NCBI GenBank assembly: GCA_001704065.1 | Contig: LHBX01000057.1 | Coordinates: 3,634-67,633 of the forward strand | Direction of reading: 5' to 3' | Length of the DNA stretch: 64,000 bases | DNA from: Pelagibacteraceae bacterium GOM-A1 | Lineage (GTDB): Bacteria; Pseudomonadota; Alphaproteobacteria; Pelagibacterales; Pelagibacteraceae | Part shown: positions 9,930 through 21,192 of the stretch, piece by piece | How the letters are laid out: each line of letters starts with the position of its first letter | Numbering within the stretch: position 1 is the first letter of the stretch | Notes under the pieces: generated by a model | What the model was told of the DNA's origin: nothing | What the model saw: the letters and a program-made list of their open reading frames with translations, nothing else | Database searches by the model: none | Translations under genes and position numbers: made by a program

Positions 9930-11011
9930 TTTCCACATTGAGCTTTATTCATTAAGTAGTGATCAAGTATTACGCAATGCATCATTGCTTCACCTATAGG
10001 CACTGCTCTAATACCTACGCATGGATCGTGTCTGCCTGTGACTGAAATTGAAGTATTTTTTCCAAATTTATTAATTGTTTTTCTTTGAGATAGAATTGAT
10101 GAAGTTGGTTTTACTGCAAAAGAAACTATTATTTCTTGACCACTAGAAATACCTCCAAGAATTCCTCCAGCATTATTCGATTTAAATTTTGTTTTCTTTC
10201 CTATTTGAGACATTTCATCAGAATTTTGTTCACCAGAAAGTTGAGCAGAATTCATTCCTGATCCTATATTTACCCCTTTTACTGCGTTAATACTCATCAT
10301 TGCTGATGCTAAATCCATATCTAATTTTGAATAAATTGGAGCTCCTAATCCGACAGGCACACCTCTTGCTCTTACTTCAATAATAGCTCCACATGATGAG
10401 CCATCTTTTCTTATTCCAAGTAAATATTTTTCCCATAATTTTAAAACTGTTTTATCAGGACAAAATAAAGGGTTTTTTGCAATGAATTTGTCATTCCATT
10501 TTTCTATATCACATCCTAGTATTCCTAATTGTGTTACTGCTCCAATTACACTGTACTTTTTCCCAATAATATTTTGCAAAACTTGTTTTGCTATTGCTCC
10601 TGCTGCCACTCTTGAAGCAGTCTCTCTCGCTGATTGTCTGCCTCCACCTCTATAATCTCTAATTCCATACTTTTTAAAATATGTATAATCAGCATGACCA
10701 GGTCTAAATTTATCCTTAATATTTTTATAATCCCTAGAACGCATATCTTTATTGAAGATAATCATTGAGATAGGTGTACCAGTTGTTTTGCCCTCAAATG
10801 TTCCTGATAAAATTTCTATTTTATCATCCTCTTTTCTTTGGGTTGTGAATTTTGACTGACCAGGCTTTCTTTTATTTAATTCTAACTGAATGTCTCTGAT
10901 ATTAAGCTTAATATTCGGTGGACAACCATCAACAACACATCCTATTGCTGGACCGTGAGACTCACCCCATGTTGTAAATCGAAAAAATTTTCCAAATGTA
11001 TTAAAAGACAT
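9926..11011 (-). CDS. aroC: chorismate synthase
   Basis: [37 protein letters not shown]. Confidence 0.98.
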   Translation of the reverse strand: MSFNTFGKFFRFTTWGESHGPAIGCVVDGCPPNIKLNIRDIQLELNKRKPGQSKFTTQRKEDDKIEILSGTFEGKTTGTPISMIIFNKDMRSRDYKNIKDKFRPGHADYTYFKKYGIRDYRGGGRQSARETASRVAAGAIAKQVLQNIIGKKYSVIGAVTQLGILGCDIEKWNDKFIAKNPLFCPDKTVLKLWEKYLLGIRKDGSSCGAIIEVRARGVPVGLGAPIYSKLDMDLASAMMSINAVKGVNIGSGMNSAQLSGEQNSDEMSQIGKKTKFKSNNAGGILGGISSGQEIIVSFAVKPTSSILSQRKTINKFGKNTSISVTGRHDPCVGIRAVPIGEAMMHCVILDHYLMNKAQCGN

Positions 11012-11043
11012 TATATTATTATATAAATTATTTTGGTTAAATT

Positions 11044-11667
11044 ATGAACGAAAAAAATTCATTAGGGTTAGATAAATGCTTTCTAGATCTAGATAATCCA
11101 ATACTATTATTCACTGAATGGTACAACGAGGCAAAGAAAACAGAAATAAATGATCCAAATGCATTAGCTCTAGGCACTATTAACGAAAAAGGCTATCCGA
11201 ATGTAAGAATGGTATTGCTCAAAGATTACGGAGAGGATGGATTTGTTTTTTACACTAACTTTAATAGTAATAAGGGAAACTCTATAAAGCAGAATCCAAA
11301 CATTTCGATGTGCTTTCATTGGAAAAGTTTACTCAGACAAATTCGAATAGTTGGTACTGCTGAAAAAGTTTCTGATGAAGAAGCTGATAATTATTATAAA
11401 TCCAGAAGTTACGGAAGTAGAATTGGTGCATGGGCATCAAATCAGAGTTCAATTTTAAAAGATAGAGAAGAGCTAAACCAATCTATAAAAAAATTTAAAG
11501 ATCTCTATAAAGATGAAAATAATGTTCCAAGACCTGATCATTGGTCAGGATGGAGGTTAAAACACCACGAAATTGAATTTTGGTTAGATGGTGAAAATAG
11601 AATTCACGAAAGATTAAAATATATTAAAGAAAATAATGATTGGAAAAAAATTCTCTTATCACCTTAA
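11044..11667 (+). CDS. pdxH: pyridoxamine 5'-phosphate oxidase
   Basis: RMVLLK, FYTN..S.KG, RQIRIVG, SRIGAWAS.QS, EFW...NRIHER. Confidence 0.96.
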   Translation: MNEKNSLGLDKCFLDLDNPILLFTEWYNEAKKTEINDPNALALGTINEKGYPNVRMVLLKDYGEDGFVFYTNFNSNKGNSIKQNPNISMCFHWKSLLRQIRIVGTAEKVSDEEADNYYKSRSYGSRIGAWASNQSSILKDREELNQSIKKFKDLYKDENNVPRPDHWSGWRLKHHEIEFWLDGENRIHERLKYIKENNDWKKILLSP

Positions 11668-12677
11668 AATTTTCTATTAATACTAAATGAAGTTAAATTT
11701 TTGAGTATAGTTTTTTCTTCACAATCTTGAAATATACCTAATGAATTTGATGCTAAACTTATATAGTGCTCCGCTTTTTTGTAACACTCATTAATTATAT
11801 TATATTTTTTTACCAATGTAAGCACATAGTCAAATTGTTCTTTAGATCTGATATTTTGTTCAAATATTTTTTTTAAAAATAATTTTTCCTCTGAAGATAA
11901 TTTTTGATTTAACAGAATAATCGGAAGAGTTACCTTACCCTCAAAGAAATCTTTCCCTATCTCTTTACCAAACATTTTTAATTCTGAGTTATAATCAAGT
12001 GTGTCATCTGCAATCTGAAATGTTAATCCAAGGTTCTTTCCATAGAATTCCAGTGCATCTTTAAATTTATTGCTTTTATCAGTAATTATCGACCCAACTT
12101 TTGAAGATGCTGAAAATAAAGCTGCAGTTTTAGAAGAAATTATATTCAAATATGTTTCTTCTAACATATCAGAGTCACCTTTATGTTGTAACTGCAAAAC
12201 TTCTCCTTGAGCAATAGTTGATGATGTAGAAGATAAAAGTTTTAATACTTCAATGCTTCCATCCTCAACCATCATTTCAAAACATCTACTTAATAAATAG
12301 TCTCCAACAAGAATTGATGATTGATTCCCCCAAATTTTGTTTGTTGTTTTTTTGCCTCTTCTTAAATCTGCGCTGTCGATTACATCATCATGCATAAGAG
12401 TTGCTGCGTGTATAAGTTCAACACATGCAGCTAGGTTCACATCTCTACTACCTTTTGTATATCCACACAATTTAGCACACTCCAAAGTGAGCAATGCTCT
12501 TAATCTTTTACCTCCACTAGTCATGTGGTAAGCTGTCATTTCTTTAACAAGCTCAACTTTACTATCTAATTTATAAGAAATTTTGTCTTCAACTAAACTA
12601 AGTTTTTGATCAACAGAATTTACTAAATCTGTATATGCATTAGTTATTTGCTTTTTTAATTGAACCACTGAACCCAT
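11664..12677 (-). CDS. ispB: long-chain polyprenyl diphosphate synthase (IspB/decaprenyl-PP synthase)
   Basis: GGKRLR, ATLMHDDVID...RRG, LVGDYLL, KTAALF, FQIADD, EGKVTLP. Confidence 0.93.
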   Translation of the reverse strand: MGSVVQLKKQITNAYTDLVNSVDQKLSLVEDKISYKLDSKVELVKEMTAYHMTSGGKRLRALLTLECAKLCGYTKGSRDVNLAACVELIHAATLMHDDVIDSADLRRGKKTTNKIWGNQSSILVGDYLLSRCFEMMVEDGSIEVLKLLSSTSSTIAQGEVLQLQHKGDSDMLEETYLNIISSKTAALFSASSKVGSIITDKSNKFKDALEFYGKNLGLTFQIADDTLDYNSELKMFGKEIGKDFFEGKVTLPIILLNQKLSSEEKLFLKKIFEQNIRSKEQFDYVLTLVKKYNIINECYKKAEHYISLASNSLGIFQDCEEKTILKNLTSFSINRKF

Positions 12678-12719
12678 AAATTCAAAATATTACATTAAGT
12701 TTATTAATATACTTATCAA

Positions 12720-12747
12720 TTGACGCACCTATTTCTTCAACTATAAG
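12720..12747 (+). promoter_or_regulatory. putative sigma70 promoter upstream of sppA-glyQS-ppdK
   Basis: TTGACG-N16-TATAAG; a second TATAAT at 12773-12778 lies 7 nt before the ATG. Confidence 0.35.
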
Positions 12748-12785
12748 TAGCTTTATAATTAAATAAAATTTTTATAATCATTTGT

Positions 12786-13592
12786 ATGTTTTCATTTTTT
12801 AAAAAAAAAAAAATTGTTAGCCATTTAAGACTTACCGGTGTTATTGGAAATGTTGGAAAGTTTAAACAGGGAATAGAATATTCCTCTCAAGAAGAAATGA
12901 TAAAAAAAGCTTTTTCAGTAAAAAAAGCAGAGGCTGTTGCAATTTCAATTAATTCACCAGGTGGTTCACCCGTTCAATCACATCTAATATATAAATTTAT
13001 TAGAGAACAGTCTAAGAAAAACAAAAAAAAAGTAATAGTTTTTGCGGAAGATGTTGCTGCATCTGGAGGCTATCTAATTGCATGTGCAGGTGATGAGATT
13101 TATGCTAATGCAAGTTCTATAATCGGATCAATAGGAGTAATTTATTCTTCTTTTGGTTTTAAAGATCTAATTCAAAAAATTGGGGTTCAAAGAAGGGTTT
13201 ATACAGCAGGAAAAAATAAAAGTACTCTAGATCCTTTTTTAGACGAGAAAGAGGAGGACATTCAAAGATTAAAAAATATTCAACTGGAACTTCACCAAGA
13301 ATTTATTAATGTTGTAGAAGAAAGTAGATCAACAAAATTAAACAAAACAGACGTTGAACTTTTTTCTGGAGAATTTTGGTCTGGCAAAACCTCCTTTAAA
13401 CTTGGTTTGATAGATGGAATAGGTAATGCTGAACAAATACTAAGAGAAAAATTTGGTGAAGATGTTGAAATTAAAAAATTTGAAAAGTCTAAAGGATGGC
13501 TTGCCAAAAAACTTTCATCTTCAGAAGACCATACAGATAAATTGATTAGTGTTCTAGAAGAAAGATCTATTTGGCAAAAATATGGTTTCTAA
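12786..13592 (+). CDS. sppA: S49 family peptidase (short SppA)
   Basis: [42 protein letters not shown]. Confidence 0.9.
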   Translation: MFSFFKKKKIVSHLRLTGVIGNVGKFKQGIEYSSQEEMIKKAFSVKKAEAVAISINSPGGSPVQSHLIYKFIREQSKKNKKKVIVFAEDVAASGGYLIACAGDEIYANASSIIGSIGVIYSSFGFKDLIQKIGVQRRVYTAGKNKSTLDPFLDEKEEDIQRLKNIQLELHQEFINVVEESRSTKLNKTDVELFSGEFWSGKTSFKLGLIDGIGNAEQILREKFGEDVEIKKFEKSKGWLAKKLSSSEDHTDKLISVLEERSIWQKYGF

Positions 13593-14466
13593 AAAAAAAA
13601 CAAAAAATTTAAAATCATTTATTTCTTTTCAGAATACAATTTTAAATCTTCAAAAGTACTGGTCAAAAAAAGGTTGTGTTATTTTACAACCATATGATTT
13701 AGAAGTTGGAGCTGGAACATTTCACCCCGCAACAACTTTAAGATCTTTAGGCCCCAAACCTTGGAAAACAGCTTATGTTCAACCATCAAGAAGACCAACA
13801 GATGGAAGATACGGAGAAAATCCTAATCGTTTGCAACACTACTATCAATTTCAAGTATTAATAAAACCTTCACCAAAAGATATTAAAAAAATGTATCTTA
13901 ATAGTCTTTCATCAATTGGTATTAAACATGAAGAGCACGATATAAGATTTGTAGAAGATGATTGGGAAAGTCCTACTTTAGGTGCCGCCGGTCTTGGATG
14001 GGAAGTATGGTGTGATGGTATGGAAGTTACTCAATTTACTTATTTTCAACAAATGGCAGGGATGGAATGCAATCCAATATCTGTTGAAATTACTTATGGT
14101 TTAGAGAGATTATGCATGTTTATTCAGGATAAAAAAAATGTTTTTGATTTAATTTGGAATGATGAAGGAATTTTATACAAAGATGTTTTTTATCAAGCTG
14201 AAAAAGAATTTTCATCTTATAATTTCCAGTATGCAAATACTGATAATTTATTTAAAATTTTTGATATGTTCGAAGAAGAAGCAAAATCACTAATTAAAAA
14301 GAAAATTTCTCTTCCAGCATATGATCAATGTTTAAAATCAAGTCATGTATTCAATATTTTAGATGCTAGAGGAGTTATAAGTGTTGCCCAAAGAGCAGAA
14401 TATATTGCAAGGATAAGAGATCTAACAAGAGAAATTGGAAAAATTTGGTTAGAAACACAAAATTAA
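13582..14466 (+). CDS. glyQ: glycine--tRNA ligase alpha subunit
   Basis: [46 protein letters not shown]. Confidence 0.98.
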   Translation: MVSKKKTKNLKSFISFQNTILNLQKYWSKKGCVILQPYDLEVGAGTFHPATTLRSLGPKPWKTAYVQPSRRPTDGRYGENPNRLQHYYQFQVLIKPSPKDIKKMYLNSLSSIGIKHEEHDIRFVEDDWESPTLGAAGLGWEVWCDGMEVTQFTYFQQMAGMECNPISVEITYGLERLCMFIQDKKNVFDLIWNDEGILYKDVFYQAEKEFSSYNFQYANTDNLFKIFDMFEEEAKSLIKKKISLPAYDQCLKSSHVFNILDARGVISVAQRAEYIARIRDLTREIGKIWLETQN

Positions 14467-14467
14467 A

Positions 14468-16531
14468 ATGTCTGAATTTTTCCTTGAATTATTTAGTGAA
14501 GAAATACCTTCCAGATTACAAATCAATGCTAGAAATGATTTAATACAAATTTTTAAAAAATTTTTTGATGATAATGAAATTACAGTTAAAGGTAAAATTA
14601 ATACTTACTCAACTCCAAATAGGCTCATTGTTCATATAAATAAGATATCTAAAGATGTAATAAAAAAAGCAGAAGAAATTAGAGGCCCAAATATAAATGC
14701 TCCAGAAAAGGCTTTAGAAGGATTTTTAAAATCCAATAAAATAAATAAAGAAAAAGTTTTCAAAAAAAGCACTGAAAAAGGCATATTCTACTTCTACAAC
14801 AAACCGTCACAAAAAATAAAAACATACGATTTATTAAAAGAAAATATTGCAAGTTTGCTTTTAAAAATTTCATGGAAAAAAAAAATGAAATGGGGCAATC
14901 ATAATTTATACTGGGGAAGACCGTTAAAATCAATATTAGCTTTATTTGATAAAAAAATAATTGAATTTAAATTAAACCATTTACAGAGTTCAAATAAAAC
15001 TTTTACAGATAAAGATCTAGAAGATGAAGTAAAAAGTTTTTATGATTTTAAATCTTATATAAAATTTTTTAAACAAAAAGGAGTAACAATTGACCAAAAT
15101 AAAAGGAAAAAATTTATAATTAAAGAAATAAATAAGGCAACTACTCAAAAAAAAATTCATATAGACCTGAATGAAAAACTTATAGACGAAATAATAAATA
15201 TTGTTGAAAAACCGAAAGTTTTAGTGTGTGAGTTTAATAAGAAATTTTTAGAAATTCCACAAGAAATACTTATTATAACAATGCAACATCACCAAAAATA
15301 TTTTCCTACATTTGATAGTAAAAACAAAATAACAAGTAATTTTATAGTTGTCGCGGATTGTAAGGATAAAAAAGGATTAGTTAAATTAGGAAATCAAAAT
15401 GTTGTAGATGCAAGGTTGGCAGACGCAGAATTTTTTTGGAATAGAAATAAGTCTCAAAATTTAGTTAAACAGGTATCTAGATTGAAGCAGATTAATTATT
15501 TTAAAGGATTGGGAAGTTATTTTGATAAAATACAAAGAGTAAGAAAACTTAGCGGAATAATATCAGATGAACTTTTAATAAGTAAAGAAAAGATAGAAAT
15601 TGCCTCCTCAATTTGCAAAGTAGATTTGATGTCGGATTTAGTTGGAGAGTTTCCCGAATTACAAGGCGTGATGGGTGGATACTTTGCAAGAGAGCAAGGT
15701 TTTGACGAAGAAATAAGTTTAGCTGTTTCAGAGCATTACTTGCCGAGTGGTATTGATAGCAAAGTTCCAAAAAAACCATACAGCATAGCATTATCGTTAA
15801 GTGACAAAATAGACTCGTTAGTTGGATTTTTTGGAATTAATCTAAAGCCAACCAGCTCAAAAGATCCTTATGCTTTAAGAAGAATGGCTATTAGTTTATT
15901 GAGGTTGATAATTGAAAATCAAAAAAAAATAAAATTAAGAGATCTAATAAATTATTCAATAAATTTATACAAAGATCAAAATTACTCTTTTGACTCAAAA
16001 TTGATAAATGATGAATTGGGAGATTTTATTTTAGATAGATTAAAAAATTATTTGAAAGAAAAAAATATTAGGTCGGATATTATTGAGTGCTCAACTAATT
16101 CATATGGAATAGATGATTTACTAAAAATTTTTAATAAATCATTAAATTTGAATAAAAATATTAAAAAAGATTTTGGCCTTGATGTTATTGCAATTTATAA
16201 AAGATCTGCAAACATTTTAAATAGTGAAAGTAAGTCAAAACTAGAAATTGTGGGTTCTGCCGATCCTGGTCTATTTAAAAATGATTATGAAAAAAATCTT
16301 TATAAAAAAATACATAATATAAGAAAGTATTTTTCAAGTATAGGTATAGATGAAGACTATGATGAAAGTCTTAAAACACTCTCAAGTGCAAAAATAGAGG
16401 TTAATGAGTTTTTTGATAATGTAATAGTTAATGATCAAGAAGAAATAATAAAAAAAAACAGACTAGAACTTTTAAAAATGTTGTGTAAAAGCTTCGATAA
16501 TTATTTTAACTTTTCTAAAATAGAAGCATAA
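14468..16531 (+). CDS. glyS: glycine--tRNA ligase beta subunit
   Basis: LELFSEEIP, TPNRL, ARLADAEFF, EFPELQG.MG.YFA, SKDPYALRR, C-terminal NRL.LL. Confidence 0.96.
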   Translation: MSEFFLELFSEEIPSRLQINARNDLIQIFKKFFDDNEITVKGKINTYSTPNRLIVHINKISKDVIKKAEEIRGPNINAPEKALEGFLKSNKINKEKVFKKSTEKGIFYFYNKPSQKIKTYDLLKENIASLLLKISWKKKMKWGNHNLYWGRPLKSILALFDKKIIEFKLNHLQSSNKTFTDKDLEDEVKSFYDFKSYIKFFKQKGVTIDQNKRKKFIIKEINKATTQKKIHIDLNEKLIDEIINIVEKPKVLVCEFNKKFLEIPQEILIITMQHHQKYFPTFDSKNKITSNFIVVADCKDKKGLVKLGNQNVVDARLADAEFFWNRNKSQNLVKQVSRLKQINYFKGLGSYFDKIQRVRKLSGIISDELLISKEKIEIASSICKVDLMSDLVGEFPELQGVMGGYFAREQGFDEEISLAVSEHYLPSGIDSKVPKKPYSIALSLSDKIDSLVGFFGINLKPTSSKDPYALRRMAISLLRLIIENQKKIKLRDLINYSINLYKDQNYSFDSKLINDELGDFILDRLKNYLKEKNIRSDIIECSTNSYGIDDLLKIFNKSLNLNKNIKKDFGLDVIAIYKRSANILNSESKSKLEIVGSADPGLFKNDYEKNLYKKIHNIRKYFSSIGIDEDYDESLKTLSSAKIEVNEFFDNVIVNDQEEIIKKNRLELLKMLCKSFDNYFNFSKIEA

Positions 16532-19189
16532 ATGTCAAAATTAATATTTAATTTTAAATCTAAAGACACAAAAAAAATAAAAAACCCAAAAAATATTTTA
16601 GGAGGCAAAGGTGCAAATTTATCAGAAATGGGAAGGATGGGTTTGCCTGTCCCACCTGGATTTACGATTTCTACTGAAGTTTGTGATTTATTTTATAAAA
16701 ATAAAAAGAAATTAAAACCTAAAATCATAAATGAAATAAATAAAGAATTAAAAAATATTGAAAAAGATTCTGGTAAAAAATTTGGAGATTTGAAAAATCC
16801 TTTGTTGTTATCTGTAAGATCTGGCGCGAGAGTATCTATGCCAGGAATGATGGATACTATTTTAAATCTTGGTCTAAATGACAAAACTGTGATTGCATTA
16901 GCAAATAAAACATCAAATATGAGATTTGCAAAAGACAGTTATAGAAGATTTATACAAATGTATGCAAATGTTGTTATGGGTGTTGAAAGTTATAATTTTG
17001 AAGAATTAATTGAAAATTACAAACTTACAAAAGGTGTTTTGCTAGACACTGATTTGGACGAAGATGATTGGGATGGATTGATTAAAGACTTTAAAAATAT
17101 TGTAAAAGAAAAAACCAAAAAAGATTTTCCTCAAAATATTAATGAACAATTATTAGGTGCTATTAGTGCAGTCTTTTTGTCATGGGAGAGTAACAGAGCA
17201 AAAGTTTATAGAAAATTAAATCATATCCCATCAGATTGGGGAACTGCAGTAAATGTTCAGTCCATGGTTTTTGGTAATATGGGTGATGATTGTGCGACGG
17301 GTGTTGTATTTACACGTAATCCATCCAATGGGTTAAATGAAATCTATGGCGAATATTTAATAAATGCTCAAGGAGAAGATGTAGTTGCAGGAACAAGGAC
17401 ACCTCAACATATAACTAAGAAAGCTAGAAAAGATGCAAAAGAAAAACTCCTTTCAATGGAAGAGTTTATGCCCAAAGTTTACAAAAATCTAAAAAATATT
17501 CTTATTAAACTGGAGAATCACTATAAAGATATGCAGGATGTAGAGTTCACAGTCGAAAATAATAAGTTGTGGATGTTGCAAACTAGATCAGGAAAAAGAA
17601 CTGCAAAATCATCAGTCAAAATTGCTGTAGATATGGAAAGAGAAAAACTCATCACAAAAAAAGAGGCTGTGCTTAGAGTACAACCAAATTCATTAGATAC
17701 TTTGCTTCATCCAACTTTAGATGAAACAGCGAATTTAGAAGTAATAGCCAAAGGCCTTCCAGCTTCGCCGGGAGCTGCTAGTGGAAAAGTGGTATTTACA
17801 TCTGATGAGGCTGAAAGATTAAATGGAATGATGCAAAATACAATCCTAGTAAGAGTAGAAACATCACCTGAAGATATCAATGGAATGCATGCAGCCAAAG
17901 GAATTCTTACCGCAAGAGGAGGGATGACCAGCCATGCTGCAGTAGTTGCAAGAGGAATGGGTAGACCTTGTGTATCTGGCTCAAGCGAAATAGAAATAGA
18001 TTACCAAAATAAAATTTTTAAAACAAAAAATAATGAAATTAAAGAAGGTGATTTAATTACAATTGATGGATCAACTGGTAAAATTATAAAAGGAGAAGTT
18101 AAAACTGTTAAACCCGAAATTTCGGGAGATTTTTCCAAACTTATGAGTTGGGCCGACAAATTTAGAAAACTAAAAATTAGAACTAATTCGGAAACACCTC
18201 TTGATAGTAAAACTGCTAGAGAATTCGGAGCTGAAGGAATAGGTCTTTGTAGAACAGAACATATGTTTTTTGATGAAGAGAGAATTTTATCTGTAAGAGA
18301 AATGATATTATCAAAATCAAAAGAAGATAGAGCTAGTGCTTTAAAGAAACTACTTCCTTTTCAAAAAAAGGATTTTATTGATATCTTTAAAATCATGAAT
18401 GGTCTTCCTGTTACAGTTAGATTATTAGATCCACCACTTCATGAATTTTTACCAAAAAATCAAAAAGAAATTAGCGATGTAGCAAATGCTTTAAACATCA
18501 AAAGTTCTGAATTAGAGGGTAGAATAACAGAACTTCATGAACAAAATCCAATGCTTGGTCATAGAGGTTGTAGATTAGGTATATCATTCCCAGAAATATA
18601 TGAGATGCAGTGCACAGCGATTTTTCATGCTTTAGTTGAATGTAAAAAACTCAAGATAAAATCTATTATTCCGGAGATCATGATACCTTTGGTATCAACT
18701 GAAGCAGAAATTAAAATAATGAAAGATTTAGTAATTAGAGTTGCAAAAGAAGTTGAAAACAGAACTAAAACAAAACTAAATTTTTTAGTGGGTACAATGA
18801 TTGAGCTCCCAAGAGCAGCAATCAAAGCGGATGATATATCTAGACATGCAGAATTCTTTAGTTTTGGAACAAATGACTTAACACAAACAACTTTTGGCAT
18901 TAGCAGAGATGATAGTGGTAAGTTTTTAAATGATTATATTGATAATAAAATTTTTGATATTGATCCATTTGTTTCTATAGACGACGGAGTTGGAGATTTG
19001 ATAAAAATAGCAACAAAAAAAGGTAGAAAAACTAACAAAAAAATCAAACTCGGTATATGTGGCGAACATGGAGGTGATCCGAAAAGTATCGACTTTTGTG
19101 CACGTGCTGGTTTAGATTATGTATCCTGTTCACCTTTTAGAGTGCCTATTGCAAGACTGGCTGCTGCTCAAGCTCAATTAAAAAAATAA
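16532..19189 (+). CDS. ppdK: pyruvate, phosphate dikinase
   Basis: LGGKGANL, VSVRSGA..SMPGMMDT, GGMTSHAAVV phospho-His motif, GTMIELPRA, CGEHGG; glyQS-ppdK synteny. Confidence 0.98.
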   Translation: MSKLIFNFKSKDTKKIKNPKNILGGKGANLSEMGRMGLPVPPGFTISTEVCDLFYKNKKKLKPKIINEINKELKNIEKDSGKKFGDLKNPLLLSVRSGARVSMPGMMDTILNLGLNDKTVIALANKTSNMRFAKDSYRRFIQMYANVVMGVESYNFEELIENYKLTKGVLLDTDLDEDDWDGLIKDFKNIVKEKTKKDFPQNINEQLLGAISAVFLSWESNRAKVYRKLNHIPSDWGTAVNVQSMVFGNMGDDCATGVVFTRNPSNGLNEIYGEYLINAQGEDVVAGTRTPQHITKKARKDAKEKLLSMEEFMPKVYKNLKNILIKLENHYKDMQDVEFTVENNKLWMLQTRSGKRTAKSSVKIAVDMEREKLITKKEAVLRVQPNSLDTLLHPTLDETANLEVIAKGLPASPGAASGKVVFTSDEAERLNGMMQNTILVRVETSPEDINGMHAAKGILTARGGMTSHAAVVARGMGRPCVSGSSEIEIDYQNKIFKTKNNEIKEGDLITIDGSTGKIIKGEVKTVKPEISGDFSKLMSWADKFRKLKIRTNSETPLDSKTAREFGAEGIGLCRTEHMFFDEERILSVREMILSKSKEDRASALKKLLPFQKKDFIDIFKIMNGLPVTVRLLDPPLHEFLPKNQKEISDVANALNIKSSELEGRITELHEQNPMLGHRGCRLGISFPEIYEMQCTAIFHALVECKKLKIKSIIPEIMIPLVSTEAEIKIMKDLVIRVAKEVENRTKTKLNFLVGTMIELPRAAIKADDISRHAEFFSFGTNDLTQTTFGISRDDSGKFLNDYIDNKIFDIDPFVSIDDGVGDLIKIATKKGRKTNKKIKLGICGEHGGDPKSIDFCARAGLDYVSCSPFRVPIARLAAAQAQLKK

Positions 19190-19198
19190 AATTAAATC

Positions 19199-20035
19199 TT
19201 AGATTTCTAGTTTTAAGTCTAATGCATTAATTGAGTGAGTTAAAGATCCTATGGAAATCCTATCTACACCAGTAGAGGAAACATTTTTTACATTCTTTAA
19301 GTTAATTCCTCCTGATGCTTCAGTTTCATAAAATTTCCTAGACATTTTGACTGCTTTTTCTAAATTTTTTGAACTCATATTATCTAATAAAATCCTATCA
19401 AATTTCAGACCCAATATTCTCTTTAACTGAGATAAATTATCAACCTCAACTGTAATTTTTTTTTCTCCCTTTTTTTTGATGGCTCTTTTAATTAAATTTT
19501 CAAAATTTTTTTCAGAGCTTATATGGTTATCTTTTATTAAGTATTCATCACTTAGATTAAATCTGTGATTTGTTCCACCACCTAATTTTACAGCATATTT
19601 TTGAATCACTCTAAGATTTGGGATCGTTTTTCTTGTGCAGCATATTTTAGTTTTTTTTCTAACTTTTTTTACAAACATATTTGTTTTCGTTGCTATTCCA
19701 GAAATATGGGAAACAAAGTTTAATGCTACTCTCTCGCCGGTTAGAATATTTTTTAGGTTACCATCAATAGTCGCAATTACTTCGCCTTTTCTTATTCGAG
19801 ATCCATCTTTTTTTTTATTTTTAAAATTTATTTTTTTATCTACTAATTTAAAAGTCTCTTTAGCAAAATCTATCCCACCTAAAATTCCATTTTGGTTACA
19901 TATCATTTTAACTTTTTTTTTAATGTTTTTGTCAATTAATTCTGAAGTAATATCGCCTGATGGATATAAGTCTTCATTCAAAGCTAATTTACATGATGAT
20001 TTTATAAAATTTTTACTTAATTGAATTTTAGACAC
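19199..20035 (-). CDS. nadC: nicotinate-nucleotide pyrophosphorylase (quinolinate phosphoribosyltransferase)
   Basis: GDITS, ERVALN, SGIAT, TRKT.P, NHRFNLSD, KDNH, EVD, LLDNM, EASGGI. Confidence 0.96.
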   Translation of the reverse strand: MSKIQLSKNFIKSSCKLALNEDLYPSGDITSELIDKNIKKKVKMICNQNGILGGIDFAKETFKLVDKKINFKNKKKDGSRIRKGEVIATIDGNLKNILTGERVALNFVSHISGIATKTNMFVKKVRKKTKICCTRKTIPNLRVIQKYAVKLGGGTNHRFNLSDEYLIKDNHISSEKNFENLIKRAIKKKGEKKITVEVDNLSQLKRILGLKFDRILLDNMSSKNLEKAVKMSRKFYETEASGGINLKNVKNVSSTGVDRISIGSLTHSINALDLKLEI

Positions 20036-20040
20036 AGATT

Positions 20041-21030
20041 TTATCTGCCTATTTCTGCCATTCTCTCTACAGATTTTCTTGCTTTTTTGATTGTTTCATT
20101 GTCCATTATTAATTCATTAGTTTCATTTTCTAAACAATCTAATATTTTAGGCAAAGTTATTCTTTTCATATGAGGACAAAGATTACATGGTCTAATAAAC
20201 TCAACATTTGGATTATCAATTTGTACATTATCGCTCATTGAGCATTCCGTAACCATCATGACTTTTTCTGGTTGATTATCTCTTACATATTTAATCATTC
20301 CACTTGTAGAACCTGCAAAATCAGATGCTTGTATCACATCAGGTGGACATTCTGGATGGGCTATTATTTTTATACCTGGATTAGCTTTTCTAATATCATT
20401 AATTTCTTGATCATTGAATTGTTCATGCACTTCACAAGTTCCCTTCCAAGAAATAATTTCTATATCAGTTTGTGATGCCACATATTTAGCTAAAAAATCA
20501 TCGGGTAAAAATATTACTTTTTTTACTCCTAATGATTCAACAATTTTTACTGCATTTGCAGATGTACAGCAAACGTCAGTTTCAGCTTTAACATCAGCAG
20601 ATGTATTTACATACGAGACAACTGGAACTCCAGGGTATTTTTTTTTGAGATTTCTTACATCATCACCTGTTATAGACGATGAGAGTGAACAACCTGCTTT
20701 CATATCTGGTAATAAAACTTTTTTTTCTGGACTCATTAATTTTGCAGTTTCAGCCATAAAATGAACTCCACACATGACAATTATGTCTGCTTTTGTTTTT
20801 GCAGCCTCTACTGCTAAAGCTAAAGAATCTGCAGAAAAGTCTGAAATGCCGTGATAAATTTCTGGTGTTTGATAATTGTGTGCAAGAATTACCGCATTCT
20901 TCTCTTTCTTTAATTTATTAATTTTATAAATATAAGGTGCATGTGTAGCCCATTCTATCTCAGGAATTTTTTTTGATACTTTGTTATAAATTGAGCTTGT
21001 TGCTTTTTTTATTTCACTAGTAAATTCCAT
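20041..21030 (-). CDS. nadA: quinolinate synthase
   Basis: LAHNYQ, CGVHFMAETAK, AGCSL, YVNTSA, HPEC, CNLCPHM (three Fe-S cysteines present). Confidence 0.97.
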   Translation of the reverse strand: MEFTSEIKKATSSIYNKVSKKIPEIEWATHAPYIYKINKLKKEKNAVILAHNYQTPEIYHGISDFSADSLALAVEAAKTKADIIVMCGVHFMAETAKLMSPEKKVLLPDMKAGCSLSSSITGDDVRNLKKKYPGVPVVSYVNTSADVKAETDVCCTSANAVKIVESLGVKKVIFLPDDFLAKYVASQTDIEIISWKGTCEVHEQFNDQEINDIRKANPGIKIIAHPECPPDVIQASDFAGSTSGMIKYVRDNQPEKVMMVTECSMSDNVQIDNPNVEFIRPCNLCPHMKRITLPKILDCLENETNELIMDNETIKKARKSVERMAEIGR

Positions 21031-21088
21031 AAAAAAAACTTATCAACTTGAAATAGAATTGTCATTCATTTAATCTGCCGCATAACAT

Positions 21089-21174
21089 GCGGTCATGCTG
21101 AAACTGGTAGACAGGCACGGTTGAGGGCCGTGTGGGCCTAGCCCATGAGAGTTCAAGTCTCTCTGACCGCACCA
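21089..21174 (+). tRNA. tRNA-Leu(GAG)
   Basis: Acceptor GCGGTCA/TGACCGC, anticodon stem CACGG/CCGTG with loop TT-GAG-GG, long variable arm TGGGC-CTA-GCCCA, GTTCAAGTC T-loop, encoded CCA. Confidence 0.96.
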
Positions 21175-21192
21175 AAAACAAATATTTATTAA

